A stretch of DNA of 64,000 nt from assembly GCA_050251055.1 (NCBI GenBank), contig JBFWNL010000004.1, positions 299,240-363,239 on the forward strand, written 5' to 3'. Positions 44,197-57,189 of the stretch are shown in pieces. Source of the stretch: Bacteriovoracia bacterium (lineage in GTDB: Bacteria; Bdellovibrionota; UBA1018; JBFWNL01). The translations under genes and the position numbers were made by a program. The notes beneath the pieces are model-generated. The model worked only from the letters and a program-made list of their open reading frames with translations, was not told where the DNA came from and did no database searches. Every line of letters starts with the position of its first letter. Position 1 is the stretch's first letter.

Positions 44197-46653
44197 GTGA
44201 ACGACATCAACGGACTGAAGTCGACATCGAAGGGATCTCTCCTTCCATACTTTTTCGTGGGGCTCTGCCTCGCGTCGGCGTCCGCGTTCTCCATTGGCAA
44301 GGCGATTCAAGAGCAGGTACTCGTACCGCAAATACGGCTGAATCTGGCTGATTTCAGCTGGATTTCGTCGATGCAACCGGGCTTCGCGCGGCTGGCGGAC
44401 TCGGAAATGTCCGCGCCCACGATCGCGTTTCAAATGCCCAAATTAGATTCGTCGCTAGCGCGTTCGGTTTCAAAGCGCGTGCGTTCGGCGTCGAAGGTTT
44501 CCCGGAGTGTGCTCCCGGTTCGTTACCGCAAACAACGCTTGCTCGCGGCGGCCGACACCGTCACCGTCGCTCAGGCCCAGACTGAAATCCAGGCCAAGCA
44601 ACAAATCTCAGCCAGCGAGGCTGCCCGCGCCACCGAATCGGATCTCGCATCGATGCGCCAAGCCTTTCAATCCATGCGCGGCCACTTCTTGGTGGCGTTG
44701 AATACTCAAACTCAGCCCGCGGTGGTTACTCAGCTGATTCCGCCGCTCGCTCCCGTCGCGGCGAAACCCGTGATCCCGGTGGCCCGCAAGTCCGAACCCA
44801 AGCTTCTGAGTAACTTGGAAGCGTCGGTGGCTAAGATACCGGCTAGAAAACCCGCTACGCCACCTTCCACGTCGCTCATTCAGCGCGATTTGCAAGCCGC
44901 ATCGAATCTTCCCGCCAAGGCGGAGGCCATGCCCGCACCAGCCCCGAAGGCGCCATTGTTGGCCTCGGCCAAGATGGACGCAACCACGATGAGTGATACG
45001 AAGCCGAGTACTCAGCTGAGTATTCAGCCTGCGACCGGCGCTTGGGAAAAATACAAAGCCTCCATTCAGAGGATCGTCGATCCACAAACCGAAGCGGAGC
45101 TCGAGGAGGCGGAAGCAGATCGCGAGCAAGCTCAGGTAGAACCCGTGCACACCACCCGCCGAGAAGGGATGGGAGAGGGTGACGCAGCGGTCCCGGTGAC
45201 TATCCAAAAGCAGGGGAACGCCGCGCCTACCACTTCCGCTCAGATCATTATACAAGATGATACGACGAAGCCTTTGGTGATGAGTAGCCAACGTCCTTCG
45301 ATCATCGTCCGAAAGGTGACTAACCAATCCAAGGCCGTGTATGGTCCTCCGGCTCCGGCGGCGGCACCTTCGGCCAAACCGGTCGCAGTGGCCGCGACCT
45401 CGACGCCCGCTGCTGCTTCCCCGATGCGGGTATCCTCTTCGGAAGATGAGGTGGATCCGAACCACTCTCCGGCGCTAGCGGCATTAACTGCGGGTGACGC
45501 GGGAGTCGTGGGCTTCAATACCCCGCAAGATTACATTGTGGAAGCGTTCGAGCCGGGCGTGGATGTGTCTCGTTCCGTCGTACAGGTACTAAGCAGCGAG
45601 GGTGACGCGAAATCCTCGATTCGCAGCTGGCTCGAGATCACGGCACCCGACCACTGGAAGACGCTCGCGTTCTGGAGCTCGCTTGCCAAGCGTGACATCC
45701 ACGTGCTTTCGAACAACAGTGCCTATCTTCTTGGCAAGGTAGCGGGCCGGGGGATCCAGCCTGGTACCGGCATTGTGGTCGGCAAGGTTTCCGCAGGGTG
45801 GAGCGTGGCCTTGGAGTCCGCTAGTCCTTCGGCCGGCGGGCGCACCGACGCGGTGATTTATCTCGATAAAAATCACCAGCCGGTCAGCGCCAATGACATC
45901 ATTCAGGATCGCTACTTCGCGTTCACCAACGTGGCTCCCGGCGCGCAGCTCGTGACCGCGGTACAGGCGCTGACGGGACGCAGTGGATCCGTCGGCGTGC
46001 CCGTGCTTGCGGGGGTGTCCACCTTCATCGATCTTTCTTCAGTGAGCTACGTACCCACACAAGGTCGGGTCCTACACGCGCACGAGGCGGAAGCTTCGGG
46101 GGTGCCCGCGGTGCATGTCCAGGCCATTGGGCAAGCCGGCGGTGGCGTGATCACCAATTTTCGCGGCCAGTTTAATTTGGGGGAAATCACGGTGTTCGGT
46201 GATTATCCGGTGTATCTCGAAACTCAATCCCAGACCGGTTACAAGCATCGTTATCAGTACCACCTACGGCGCGATCTGGAACTCTCCTTGTTTCAATTTC
46301 ACGAAGAAGACATTCAAATTTGGGTGGGTCAGCTCAACGGGGGAGTTAGCCCCGAAAGCGGATTACTGGTGGCCGCCATTCCCGACGTGATGTCCAAGCA
46401 CGCGGACGAGACCCTTTATCCCACGGTGTATTCCCTGCATGAGCATGTGACCCTTGAAACCGAAACCTACCCCGTTTCAAGCGAAGGCCAGCTGCAGGTG
46501 AACCATCCGATCGAGGCCGAATCCGGCCGCTTCGTCGCGGTACAGATCCCCGAAGGTTTCTTGAACGCTCGCATCGACAACGAGCATCGCGACGCCGTGT
46601 GGTCGCGGCTATTCGTCGCCTCACCCGGCGTCGTGAACGTTATTTCCCCCTGA
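44197..46653 (+). CDS. Large hypothetical envelope protein
   Basis: 818 aa. N-terminal hydrophobic segment, long A/P/S/T/Q-rich region, beta-rich C-terminal half. Confidence 0.75.
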   Translation: MNDINGLKSTSKGSLLPYFFVGLCLASASAFSIGKAIQEQVLVPQIRLNLADFSWISSMQPGFARLADSEMSAPTIAFQMPKLDSSLARSVSKRVRSASKVSRSVLPVRYRKQRLLAAADTVTVAQAQTEIQAKQQISASEAARATESDLASMRQAFQSMRGHFLVALNTQTQPAVVTQLIPPLAPVAAKPVIPVARKSEPKLLSNLEASVAKIPARKPATPPSTSLIQRDLQAASNLPAKAEAMPAPAPKAPLLASAKMDATTMSDTKPSTQLSIQPATGAWEKYKASIQRIVDPQTEAELEEAEADREQAQVEPVHTTRREGMGEGDAAVPVTIQKQGNAAPTTSAQIIIQDDTTKPLVMSSQRPSIIVRKVTNQSKAVYGPPAPAAAPSAKPVAVAATSTPAAASPMRVSSSEDEVDPNHSPALAALTAGDAGVVGFNTPQDYIVEAFEPGVDVSRSVVQVLSSEGDAKSSIRSWLEITAPDHWKTLAFWSSLAKRDIHVLSNNSAYLLGKVAGRGIQPGTGIVVGKVSAGWSVALESASPSAGGRTDAVIYLDKNHQPVSANDIIQDRYFAFTNVAPGAQLVTAVQALTGRSGSVGVPVLAGVSTFIDLSSVSYVPTQGRVLHAHEAEASGVPAVHVQAIGQAGGGVITNFRGQFNLGEITVFGDYPVYLETQSQTGYKHRYQYHLRRDLELSLFQFHEEDIQIWVGQLNGGVSPESGLLVAAIPDVMSKHADETLYPTVYSLHEHVTLETETYPVSSEGQLQVNHPIEAESGRFVAVQIPEGFLNARIDNEHRDAVWSRLFVASPGVVNVISP

Positions 46654-46708
46654 ATTTTTTGGTAGATTAAAGGCGGTCAAAGGGCGAGAGAACCGGCTCG
46701 TGGTGCGG

Positions 46709-48106
46709 TCAGCTCATTTCTTCGCGATCGTCCTTGTTCGACGACAGGAGCTTGCGGGGACCGGGGGCCAGCGGTCGGCCTACCTTGAGGCCCAACGGTT
46801 CGTCTGGCGATTGAGCCGGCGTGGCGACCATGAAGCCCATGGGTAGCACGCGTTGGCAATCCTGGACGTCCGGATTGAGCTTGCGCAAATCCATGTAAGA
46901 ATACCCGCGGCGGAGCGCGAACCCCGTTAGCGTGTCGGGTTGTTCCATGCGTTTAAAGGCGACGCTGGCCGTGCGGCCGACATTCACTTTTCCATAGAGC
47001 CAGTCTTGGTAACGATCGGCGTGCAGGAGCGCGATGAACTCGCTGTAGTAATTTTTACCCGCCCAGCCCAGGATACCGCGCTGGGAGCAGCTACCGAATA
47101 TCTTGTCCAAGTGTTCGTCCGTGCGATGGCGCTTCGGGACGCGGATCAATCGAACGAGGCCGGAATGATAGGATGCGACCGTCATCGGCCAGTTACGGAA
47201 GATGGTCTGGTTGCGAGTCAGGAGTCGCGCGGCGGCGACCGTCGACTTGATCGGCGAAAGGCGCTCATCGATGCGATACTGTGGGTTGATCGTCAGAAAT
47301 TCCTTGCCTGACTTCGGGATGAACTGCCATACGCCCGCCGCGCCGGCTTTGGAGAACGCGCGGAAGTTAAATGAACTTTCGACCAGGCTTAAGCGGGTCA
47401 GCTCCGGCGGAAGGCCATGTTCGCTGAATACGCGCTCCATCGTCTCCAGGAAAGGCTCGATCGCGTTCAAACCCCGAATAACGTTGTCGCGCTGGCCGGT
47501 CTGGGTGCGGAAGTGTTTGGCAAAAAAAGAAACCGGGTGGCCGTGCTCCACGCCCGAGATGGCGCGAACGATGTTGAGCTCTTCGCGCGTGGGATAGGGA
47601 TCCTGCGACTTGGCTTGGCCCTTTTTCGATAGTTTCTGAAAAGCTTTGCGGTACGCCGCGATCGCGCGCTTCTCGAGCTTGCGACGGGTGATTTCGTAGG
47701 CGGCGCGGTTACGGCTCTTTTCCGCGAGCTCGCGGAAATCGAGGACTTCATAAATCACTTCCGGATGGTGTGAATCGAAAAGCACCAACTGGTGGGTGGA
47801 GTAGACGCTGTAAATTTTTAACCAGAACTCGATGGGGGCACGCAGGTCCGCCGGAATTTTGAACTCATCGGGCAGGCGGTTTTGCGTGTCGGCCAGCACG
47901 TCGGATACCACGCCGTTACTGATTTCGGCCCGATAAAGATTGGTGCGGGAAAGCAGGCTTTCGCGCGAGTAGCTGGAGGAGGGAACGGCACGCTGACCGG
48001 GCCAGAAGCTCCGGTCAATGGACGCGCGCGAGGAATCCATATGGAATGGCATCGAGATTCCCAGTGTCGCGATCAGAGTAAAGGATATCGCCCGTTGGAC
48101 CACCAT
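46709..48106 (-). CDS. Lytic transglycosylase (SLT/MltD-like) with a degenerate C-terminal LysM-like segment
   Basis: VESSFN catalytic Glu, AAGVWQF, IDER, ASYHSG, LRKLNP. Start uncertain; ORF is open to 48226. Confidence 0.88.
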   Translation of the reverse strand: MVVQRAISFTLIATLGISMPFHMDSSRASIDRSFWPGQRAVPSSSYSRESLLSRTNLYRAEISNGVVSDVLADTQNRLPDEFKIPADLRAPIEFWLKIYSVYSTHQLVLFDSHHPEVIYEVLDFRELAEKSRNRAAYEITRRKLEKRAIAAYRKAFQKLSKKGQAKSQDPYPTREELNIVRAISGVEHGHPVSFFAKHFRTQTGQRDNVIRGLNAIEPFLETMERVFSEHGLPPELTRLSLVESSFNFRAFSKAGAAGVWQFIPKSGKEFLTINPQYRIDERLSPIKSTVAAARLLTRNQTIFRNWPMTVASYHSGLVRLIRVPKRHRTDEHLDKIFGSCSQRGILGWAGKNYYSEFIALLHADRYQDWLYGKVNVGRTASVAFKRMEQPDTLTGFALRRGYSYMDLRKLNPDVQDCQRVLPMGFMVATPAQSPDEPLGLKVGRPLAPGPRKLLSSNKDDREEMS

Positions 48107-48343
48107 CACCCCTTTAAAAAGCAAGACCCTTGCCGCCCCGCCTGACACAGGCTGAGGGCGTACAGGATTGAAAACAGGGGGATTTAGACCGGTCTGACCG
48201 CCTAAACCTTCGACGGTTGTCTTCATTCTCTACAAAACCTTTAAACACAACGCATCGCGTATAACCCCTTGAAAAGATTCCGTAAAGCTGCTTTTTTGAT
48301 GGAATATACTGAATTTATTGAGTTTTTCTGATATTTGCGACGT

Positions 48344-48574
48344 ATGTGCCCAAAACCGGATTCGCCCCCTTCGTTCGAAAAGGTCATGGATGACTTGCAG
48401 AAAATCGTACGCCAACTCGAAGGCGGCGAGCTGAGTCTCGAGGACTCACTGAAAGCCTTCGAAGAGGGCGTGCGCCTCACGCGCGCGTGCCAGGAGTACC
48501 TTGCCCAGGCCCAGAAGCGCATCGAGATCCTTTCGCAGAACGAAGACGGAACCGTGAGCACGCGCCCATTCTGA
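48344..48574 (+). CDS. xseB: Exodeoxyribonuclease VII small subunit
   Basis: SFEKVM, LEGGELSLEDSL..FEEG. Confidence 0.95.
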   Translation: MCPKPDSPPSFEKVMDDLQKIVRQLEGGELSLEDSLKAFEEGVRLTRACQEYLAQAQKRIEILSQNEDGTVSTRPF

Positions 48575-48584
48575 TGAAAACCGC

Positions 48585-49328
48585 ATGAAGAAACGACTGG
48601 ACGTGACGCTCGTCGAGCGCGGCTTGGCGAGCTCGCGCGAAAAAGCCCAAAGCCTGATCCTGGCGGGGCAAGTTCTCGTGAACGATGAGCCCGTGACCAA
48701 GGCGGGAGCTGCCGTCACCGATTCTCAGCAGATACGCCTGCGGGAAGAGGAGCACCCGTATGTATCACGTGGAGGGCTGAAGCTGGAGGCCGCGCTCGTA
48801 GCCTTTGGGATCGACCCCCAAGGAAAGATCGCGCTTGATGTTGGTGCTTCGACGGGTGGATTCACGCACGTGCTTTTATTGCGGGGCATACAGCGAGTGC
48901 ACGCCCTGGATGTAGGCCACAATCAAATGGATTGGAAAATCCGTTCAGACGCCCGGGTGAAAGTCTATGAGGGGGTAAACGCGCGCCACCTGGATCCGGC
49001 GCTCCTGGGTGAAAAGGTGGATCTGATCGTCGTGGACGTGTCCTTTATTTCCTTGAGCAAAATACTTCCGGCGTTGATTCCGGTCGCGCATGCCCAAACG
49101 GACTGGATAACGCTCGTGAAGCCGCAGTTCGAAGTAGGTCGCGAGAAAGTGGGAAAGGGTGGAATCGTTCAGTCGGAAACCGACCGTCAAGATTGTCTCG
49201 CACGCGTGAAAAGCGATGCTGAATCTTTTGGCCTGAGCCAAGTGGGCTTGATAGACTCTCCCATTACGGGGGGCAAAGGAAACAAAGAGTTTTTGGCCCA
49301 TTGGAGATTGGGCGCGATTTCGCCATGA
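48585..49328 (+). CDS. tlyA: TlyA family rRNA 2'-O-methyltransferase
   Basis: S4 domain KRLD, YVSRGGLKL, DVGASTGGFT, DVSFISL, KPQFE, GNKEF. Confidence 0.96.
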   Translation: MKKRLDVTLVERGLASSREKAQSLILAGQVLVNDEPVTKAGAAVTDSQQIRLREEEHPYVSRGGLKLEAALVAFGIDPQGKIALDVGASTGGFTHVLLLRGIQRVHALDVGHNQMDWKIRSDARVKVYEGVNARHLDPALLGEKVDLIVVDVSFISLSKILPALIPVAHAQTDWITLVKPQFEVGREKVGKGGIVQSETDRQDCLARVKSDAESFGLSQVGLIDSPITGGKGNKEFLAHWRLGAISP

Positions 49329-50242
49329 GATTCCTACGCATCATCTTTATTTCATTTTTTGTTTCGGGTCTCGTTTCGTTTGGGATGTCCTGCGCGACCG
49401 CGCCGAAGTCATCCGATGCGAAGCCCGTGTTCGGTCCTGAACCGGGGCCGGATCCGACGGTCACCGCGCCGCCTCCGGATGTTTCCGAACAGGGTCCGCA
49501 GCCCCTGCCTTCGGTGTACGGCCCGAAAGGGCTCGAAGTATATCCCATTATTCTCGTGCTCGGTCCCGGGCTCGCCCGGGGGTACGCTTACGCGGGCGTC
49601 CTGCGCGCGTTGCACGACGCGAAGATACCCATCAGCCACATCGTCGGCTTGGAAATGGGCGCCGTGATGGGCGGGATTTATACGCGTAGTAAAACCGTGA
49701 ACGAATTCGAGTGGACCTTGATGAAGCTCAAGCCCGAGGCGTTCTCGGCCGATCCGGACAACTTCGAGCGGAAGCTCACCGAACTCATTGGACACGCCGA
49801 CTTTTCGCATACCCGCATCAGTTTCCGCGCGGGCGTGCATTCGCCGGACAACGGAAAGTTTTCCTGGCTCGAACGGGGTGATCTCGCGAAGGCATTACGT
49901 CTTTCTTTTTTTCAGGAAGGCCGTATCACGCGGCCTTTTCCCGTGGAAGATGCCCGCACGCTGGCTTCCGGTCCCGTGGTGGTGGTTGACGTCGTGAACG
50001 AGGCGTCGATCGCCAAGGATGAAACGGATCTTGCGGAAAAGCATTATCATCGCAAGCTGGCCGAAGCCAAGCGCCAGGATATGGCGGAGTACCAACGCGC
50101 GGATCTCGTCATCCGGCCCGTCATTAAGGGCGTTAAGTATTTCGATTATACGCAAAAGACCAAGTTGTCGTTCGCGGGAAAGCAGGCCGTGCAGAAGGCC
50201 ATGGCCGAATTGAAGCGCTTAACGGGAGTTACCAAACCATGA
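49325..50242 (+). CDS. Patatin-fold lipoprotein with degenerate catalytic motifs
   Basis: Lipobox GMSC; LVLGPGLARG; GLEMG in place of GxSxG; ADLVIRP. Confidence 0.75.
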   Translation: MRFLRIIFISFFVSGLVSFGMSCATAPKSSDAKPVFGPEPGPDPTVTAPPPDVSEQGPQPLPSVYGPKGLEVYPIILVLGPGLARGYAYAGVLRALHDAKIPISHIVGLEMGAVMGGIYTRSKTVNEFEWTLMKLKPEAFSADPDNFERKLTELIGHADFSHTRISFRAGVHSPDNGKFSWLERGDLAKALRLSFFQEGRITRPFPVEDARTLASGPVVVVDVVNEASIAKDETDLAEKHYHRKLAEAKRQDMAEYQRADLVIRPVIKGVKYFDYTQKTKLSFAGKQAVQKAMAELKRLTGVTKP

Positions 50243-52938
50243 GCGAAGCGCAGCCATTGGCCACCATCGCCGGGGGCGCCGGCAAGACGCCACCCGTAAA
50301 AGGCATGATGAAATTCATCATCGCGCTGGGATTGATTGGTACCGCGGCGATCGGACTCATTGGTGCCCTGGTGTTCTGGCAGGTTTCCCGAAGCTTGCCG
50401 CAGATTATATCGTTGGCTGACTACAAGCCGCTCGGCGTGACCCAGGTGATCGCGCAGAGCGGAAGCGAGCGCCAAGTGGTCGGAGAGTTTTTCAAGGAAA
50501 AGCGGTTTCTAGTCCCTTACGACAAACTCACCAAGCGGGTCATCGACGCGTTCGTGTCCGCCGAAGATGACACCTTCTTCCAGCACCAGGGGATCAGCCT
50601 GGTCTCCATCATGCGCGCCGGCATCGCTAACTTCCGCGCCGGTCACGTCGTGCAGGGGGGCAGCACGATCACGCAGCAGGTGGCGAAATCACTTTTCCTC
50701 AGTCCCGAGCGAAACCTCGTACGCAAGCTGAAGGAAGCGATCCTCGCCGGACGGATTGAAAAAAACCTTACGAAGCAGCAGATCTTGTATCTTTATTTGA
50801 ACCAGATTTACCTGGGTCACGGCGCTTACGGAATCCAAGCCGCCAGCCGCGTTTTCTTCAATAAGGATGTATCCGAGCTTTCGCTCGCCGAGGCCGCGCT
50901 GCTCGCTGGCATGCCGCGCGCGCCCAGCAAGTTCAGCCCGCTGCTGAACCCCAAACGAGCCAAGGAGCGCCAGCTCTATGTGCTCAAGCGCATGTACGAA
51001 AACGGCTTCATAAAAAAAGAAGAGATGGTCGAGGCGGGATCGCAACCCCTCAAGATCCACACCGTCGAAGAATTAAATGATCAGTACGGGCCCTATTACG
51101 TCGAGCATCTGCGCAAGTACCTCACGAAAAAATACGGTGAAAAGGCGGTTTTGGAAGAAGGCCTGACGGTGTACGTGCCCCCGAAGCCGCGCTACTTCAA
51201 GGTCGCCCAAGATAGCTTGCGTCGCGGCCTGCATGACCTGGATCACCGCCAGGGATACCGGGGCCCGCTGCAGGTGCTCAAGACCGAAGAGGAGATCAAG
51301 GAGTTCCGCGATCGTGGCCGGGAGGAGATGATCCGCAAAAAGATCAAGCACTCCCTGTTTCTGCCGGACGGTCGCATGGACATGAACGAGGCGCTCGTAC
51401 AGGCGGGTATCACGAACGATGCGCAGGCCGTGGATCCCGATCGGATGTACGAAGCCGTCGTGCTTCGCGTGGACGACGCAAAGAAGGAAGCGATAATCGG
51501 CCTGGGATCACTCGAGTTTTCACTGCCGATTCGTAAGATGCTTTGGGCGCGCAAGGAAGCCTCCCCGGGCGTGCTGAAGCCGGCCCCGGATAGGCCGTCA
51601 CAGGTGGTGGCCAAGGGCGACGTAGTGCTCGTTCGCATCGTGAAAGCGGAGACGGGCGGCCAATGGATCGCCGAGCTCGATCAGTATCCGCAGGTCCAAG
51701 GTGGGTTGTTTTCCATGGAGGCCGAGTCGGGGTACGTACTGGCGATGGAAGGCGGCTATGATTTTTCCAAGTCGGAATACAACCGGGCCGTGCAGGCGAT
51801 GCGCCAGCCAGGTTCGGCGTTCAAACCCATTATTTACGCCGCCGCCGTCGAAAAGGGGTATACGCCTTCGACGATCATCGTAGATTCCCCGATCGTGTTT
51901 AAAGACGATGAAATCGGAAAGTGGAAACCAAATAACTTCACCGAGAAGTTCTACGGTGACACGACCTTCCAGCAGGCGCTCGAGCATTCCCGCAATGTCC
52001 CCACCGTGAAGATCCTGCAAGACGTGCAAATATCCAGCGTGATCGAGTTCTCGCGTCGCCTGGGGTTTACGGGAAAGATCAACGAGGATCTGTCGATTTC
52101 CCTGGGTTCGGCCACGACTTCGCTGGTGGAGCTGAGCCAGATTTATTCCACTTTCCCCCGCATGGGCCAACGGGTGACGCCAATCTTCGTAACGAAGGTG
52201 ATCGATCGCGACGGCAATGTGCTTGAAGAAAACCTTCCCCAGAAGCTGGATGAAGGCATGATCGCGTCCGCGGTCGCTCAAGCGCAGCTGCAGGCAAACC
52301 CAAATCAAGGCGCCGAGCAGGTTCCCCAGGCGGCAACGGCGAATCCAGTTCCGGGCGAAGCCCAAGCCGCCGCCCCGCCCACGGCGAGTCCTCCGGCCGT
52401 CGAGCAAAAGGTGGCGTTACCGAGCTATCCCAATGAAAAATTCCCTAACCTCCTCATGGATCCGCGCGTGGCTTCCGTCATGACCCAGATGATGAAGGAC
52501 GTGGTGGATTTTGGTACAGGGCACGACGCGAAGACTTTGGGCCGGATGAGCGCCGGGAAAACCGGCACCACGAACGACTATGTCGACGCCTGGTTCATGG
52601 GCTTCACGCCGGACGTAGTGACCGGGGTGTGGGTGGGATTTGACGAACCGACCCGGACCTTGGGCAAGGGGGAGACGGGCGCGCGGGCGGCGCTGCCCAT
52701 CTGGCTTGCGTACATGCGCGAGGTGGTGAAGGACTATCCGGACACACCTTTCAAGGTTCCGCCGGGCATCGTCTTCGCCAATATCGATGCCGACAAAGGT
52801 TTGCTGGCGGGCCCGAAGACGGCGCGCGCGCGCAAGGAAGCGTTCATCGCTGGCACCGAACCGACCGAGCGCGCGGCGGCCCAATCGACGCCAGGTGCCG
52901 ATTCTCAAAGCGAATTTTTTAAAGAAGATTTCGAATAA
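50239..52938 (+). CDS. mrcA: Penicillin-binding protein 1A (class A PBP)
   Basis: Glycosyltransferase motifs AEDDTF, GGSTITQQ, RKLKE; transpeptidase motifs SAFK, SRN, KTG. Confidence 0.96.
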   Translation: MSEAQPLATIAGGAGKTPPVKGMMKFIIALGLIGTAAIGLIGALVFWQVSRSLPQIISLADYKPLGVTQVIAQSGSERQVVGEFFKEKRFLVPYDKLTKRVIDAFVSAEDDTFFQHQGISLVSIMRAGIANFRAGHVVQGGSTITQQVAKSLFLSPERNLVRKLKEAILAGRIEKNLTKQQILYLYLNQIYLGHGAYGIQAASRVFFNKDVSELSLAEAALLAGMPRAPSKFSPLLNPKRAKERQLYVLKRMYENGFIKKEEMVEAGSQPLKIHTVEELNDQYGPYYVEHLRKYLTKKYGEKAVLEEGLTVYVPPKPRYFKVAQDSLRRGLHDLDHRQGYRGPLQVLKTEEEIKEFRDRGREEMIRKKIKHSLFLPDGRMDMNEALVQAGITNDAQAVDPDRMYEAVVLRVDDAKKEAIIGLGSLEFSLPIRKMLWARKEASPGVLKPAPDRPSQVVAKGDVVLVRIVKAETGGQWIAELDQYPQVQGGLFSMEAESGYVLAMEGGYDFSKSEYNRAVQAMRQPGSAFKPIIYAAAVEKGYTPSTIIVDSPIVFKDDEIGKWKPNNFTEKFYGDTTFQQALEHSRNVPTVKILQDVQISSVIEFSRRLGFTGKINEDLSISLGSATTSLVELSQIYSTFPRMGQRVTPIFVTKVIDRDGNVLEENLPQKLDEGMIASAVAQAQLQANPNQGAEQVPQAATANPVPGEAQAAAPPTASPPAVEQKVALPSYPNEKFPNLLMDPRVASVMTQMMKDVVDFGTGHDAKTLGRMSAGKTGTTNDYVDAWFMGFTPDVVTGVWVGFDEPTRTLGKGETGARAALPIWLAYMREVVKDYPDTPFKVPPGIVFANIDADKGLLAGPKTARARKEAFIAGTEPTERAAAQSTPGADSQSEFFKEDFE

Positions 52939-52974
52939 GACCGAATTGCCATTGAGGGGAGAGGTTGTACCTTC

Positions 52975-53805
52975 ATGGGCTATTTGGATCAGCGGATTCG
53001 CACGATTTACCTGCCGACATCATTGGGCTTTCATGCCCTCTTGCTCGCACTCGCCATTGTTTTGTCGATGCATCGACCCAGCGAAGACACGATCGTCAAT
53101 AAACCGATCTTTATCGAAGTGGAAAAGTCCGATACCAACGTTCGCCATCAGATCGTAGACTCTAAAAAAGGGGAGAAGACCAAGGAAGCCGCGCCGACCG
53201 CGTTCCTAGGCCAGGAAACCCGAACCGTGACGGAAGAGACGGTCGCGAAGTTGCGTGAGGCAAAAGCGCAGCCGATGCCGCAGTCCAGGCCGCAACCCAA
53301 GGCGTCTCCCGCGCCCGTGGTGGACATGGCGAGGCTCGGGGTTCCCATCGCCGTCCAGAAGACCAAAAACCAAGACACGCCCCAGTGGGCCGAAGCAGGC
53401 GACCAGGCGGGCGCGGGCGCGCACGACTACGTCAAGGGCGTTAAAGAATCGGATATCTCGGCGCTCAATACGAAGGAGTTTGTTTTCTACGGTTACTTCC
53501 AACGCATCCGGGGTCAGCTCGACCAGGCCTGGAAGCCGCTCCTACGCGAAAAGCTCTATAACCTCTTCCGCGTGGGCCGCGGCCCCGCCGGCGATATGGA
53601 CCACATCACCCGCACGAAGGTGACACTCGATCACAAAGGCGAGGTGGTCCGCGTGCAGGTGGTCAGCGAATCCGGCACCCGCGACCTGGACGACACCGCG
53701 GTACGCGCGTTCAACAGCGCCGGCCCCTTCCCGAACCCGCCCAAGGGCTTGGTCGATCGCGAAGGACGCATCGAAATCCAGTGGGACTTCATCCTTAAAA
53801 CTTAA
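52975..53805 (+). CDS. TonB/TolA-like energy transducer
   Basis: TM helix with SLGFH (SHLS-like), Pro-rich linker, ESG..DLD..AV.A...AGPFPNPP C-terminal domain. Confidence 0.85.
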   Translation: MGYLDQRIRTIYLPTSLGFHALLLALAIVLSMHRPSEDTIVNKPIFIEVEKSDTNVRHQIVDSKKGEKTKEAAPTAFLGQETRTVTEETVAKLREAKAQPMPQSRPQPKASPAPVVDMARLGVPIAVQKTKNQDTPQWAEAGDQAGAGAHDYVKGVKESDISALNTKEFVFYGYFQRIRGQLDQAWKPLLREKLYNLFRVGRGPAGDMDHITRTKVTLDHKGEVVRVQVVSESGTRDLDDTAVRAFNSAGPFPNPPKGLVDREGRIEIQWDFILKT

Positions 53806-53813
53806 TCGGTGGA

Positions 53814-54149
53814 TTAGAGGCGGGAGGGCGAGCCCTTGAGCTTCTCGACGCCCTCGCGGAATACGTAATCGCTCCAGATCTGGTCGATCTGGCGGAAAGT
53901 TTCGATCACCCGTTCGGCGGCGGTCTTCTCGGAGATGCCTTGCTTGACCGCGAGCTGTTGGCAGGTCCCCAGGATGGCCTGGAACTCCGAGGTTTTCATG
54001 AGCTCAAACAACTTGCGAGAAAGGTCGTCGGCGCTCTGCCCGGCTTGGCTGCGCGTGGAAATCATCGCCGTGTTGAAAATACGGGCGAGTCGTTCGGTGT
54101 CGCGGGCGGTTTGGGCGGTGTAGGTGTTTGGGTTGAGCGTAGTCTGCAT
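53814..54149 (-). CDS. Hypothetical small protein
   Basis: 111-aa ORF filling the gap. No family recognised. Confidence 0.65.
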   Translation of the reverse strand: MQTTLNPNTYTAQTARDTERLARIFNTAMISTRSQAGQSADDLSRKLFELMKTSEFQAILGTCQQLAVKQGISEKTAAERVIETFRQIDQIWSDYVFREGVEKLKGSPSRL

Positions 54150-54300
54150 GGGTGGTTTCAAAGAAGCCTCAAAGAAACCGACGATACTCCCGATCTTTTT
54201 TCTTTCAAAGTCAAAAACCAGAAAAAGTAGTCAAGTGAAAAACCGTTCGCAATCAGAATGACCCTGGTGAAAACTCGCACCCCCTGGTAATGGAGGGGGT

Positions 54301-57185
<2,885 letters not shown>

Positions 57186-57189
<4 letters not shown>

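Noticed and set aside
54150-54300. Glycine riboswitch before gcvP or gcvT
   Set aside because: No GGAGA...CCGAAG...CTCAGG aptamer pattern; the gap before gcvT is only 48 bp.
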